A stretch of 64,000 bases of DNA from NCBI GenBank assembly GCA_963815725.1, contig CAWFHW010000009.1:103256-167255 (forward strand), written 5' to 3'. Shown piece by piece: positions 63,051 through 64,000 of the stretch (the stretch's first letter is position 1; every line of letters starts with the position of its first letter). The position numbers and the translations under genes were made by a program. The notes beneath the pieces were generated by a model that was given only the letters and a program-made list of their open reading frames with translations, was not told where the DNA came from and did no database searches. This DNA comes from an uncultured Solirubrobacterales bacterium (lineage in GTDB: Bacteria > Actinomycetota > Thermoleophilia > Solirubrobacterales > Solirubrobacteraceae).

Positions 63051-64000
63051 GCGATTCCGCCCATCAAGCTCTCGCCGGCATTAGAGCCAACGAGCAGGTA
63101 GGCGCCGACCGAGAGGGCCAGCAGGCCGATGGTCAGCCCGACGGTCAGCCGGGCGGTGAGCCGCACCGTGCGCCCTGAATGCCAGCGATGCCCGCGGCTC
63201 TCGCCGGCGAGAGCTTCGATCAGCGCGTGCGCGAGCCCGAGGAACCCGAGCGCCATCAACACCGCCGCGACCGAGACGACCGCGACCTGGTGCGCCGCGA
63301 TCCCACCGAGCAGGATCAGGAGCTCACTGAAGAACAGTGGCGAGGGCGGCAGCCCGCTGAGCGTCCCGAGGCTGACCCCGGCCGCAGCGGCGACCGGGGT
63401 GCTGAGCCGCGCGAGCCCGCGCGGCGGCCGATGGGCGCTCGCGGGGTCGTGGCGCGCCAGTGGCATCGCCGCGTAGAACCCGAGGGACTTAGCCAGAGCG
63501 TGCCCGGCCAGGTGGACGACCACGCCGACGGTCGCCAGTGGTGTGGCGAACCCGATCCCGAGGGCGAGGATGCCCATGTGCTCGAGGCTCGAATACGCGA
63601 GCATCCGCTTCCAGGCCATCGCCCGCCACAAGAACGGGACCGCGATCGCCAGCGAGGCGAGGCCGAACGCGAGCACCAGATGATCCGCGAGATGGCCTCC
63701 GACAGCCGGGCCGAGCGTCAGCAACACCCGCCAGGCGATCAGCATGACGGTCGGCAAGAGCGCAGCAGAGAGCAGCGCACTGACCGGGGGCGGCGCCTGG
63801 CTATGAGCGTCGGGCAGCCAGTTGTGCACAGGCGCCCAGCCGACCTTCGCGGCCAGCCCGACGAGGATCAGGATCAGCGCGCACAGCGTCGTCTGGCGTG
63901 GCACGTCGCCAGCGTGATCGGCGATGCTCTGCCAATCCAGTGTCGCGAGCGTCCCGCCGTGCGGGGCCAGGCCGACGAACAGGATAAGAATGCCGAGCAG
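63047..64000 (-). CDS. NuoL/HyfB/HycC-like proton-translocating membrane subunit, C-terminal part (gene continues past the right edge)
   Basis: AKVGWAPVHNWLPDAHSQAPPPVSALLSAALL motif. My translation stays open in frame from 63904 up to nt 64000. Confidence 0.8.
   Translation of the reverse strand: MLGILILFVGLAPHGGTLATLDWQSIADHAGDVPRQTTLCALILILVGLAAKVGWAPVHNWLPDAHSQAPPPVSALLSAALLPTVMLIAWRVLLTLGPAVGGHLADHLVLAFGLASLAIAVPFLWRAMAWKRMLAYSSLEHMGILALGIGFATPLATVGVVVHLAGHALAKSLGFYAAMPLARHDPASAHRPPRGLARLSTPVAAAAGVSLGTLSGLPPSPLFFSELLILLGGIAAHQVAVVSVAAVLMALGFLGLAHALIEALAGESRGHRWHSGRTVRLTARLTVGLTIGLLALSVGAYLLVGSNAGESLMGGIA

Overview
High-GC (roughly 70% by eye) actinobacterial-type chromosomal segment, densely coding on both strands. 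I recognised no rRNA, intact tRNA, CRISPR array, transposase or integrase. All family calls come from reading motifs by eye, not from database searches.

- 1-13.5 kb: a cell-envelope glycan locus with two GT-C-like membrane proteins, a GtrB-like GT2, two GT4, four soluble GT2 and a MOP flippase. It contains a tandemly duplicated, translationally coupled module of GT2 plus an unknown protein.
- 14-35 kb: an AAA ATPase sits behind a 22-23 bp direct-repeat array, followed by a thioredoxin-fold pair, a PfkB kinase and an aldose epimerase. The neighbourhood is then unusually rich in cyclic-nucleotide parts. These are an MFS-cNMP-patatin fusion, a CHASE2 class III cyclase head-to-head with a ~1000-aa secreted beta-propeller/IPT protein, and a cNMP-binding protein plus MBL hydrolase operon. 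That operon lies behind a perfect 20-bp palindrome in a very AT-rich gap. A DesA3-type desaturase/reductase pair with a MerR regulator is also here.
- 36-40 kb: a circularly permuted ATP-grasp / alpha-E / transglutaminase triad.
- 40-51 kb: regulators and redox enzymes, a lysyl-oxidase-like secreted protein and a frameshifted APC permease.
- 52-60 kb: this looks like a decayed accessory block and is my best candidate for something undescribed. It holds a PLD-family nuclease divergent from a large membrane protein with a Vps62-like domain, and a nucleotidyltransferase pair. It also holds a tRNA-Phe 3-prime fragment beside a truncated pckG. Two paralogous unknown helical proteins flank an ArsR regulator with related palindromic sites.
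- Right edge: group-4 [NiFe]-hydrogenase-like genes.
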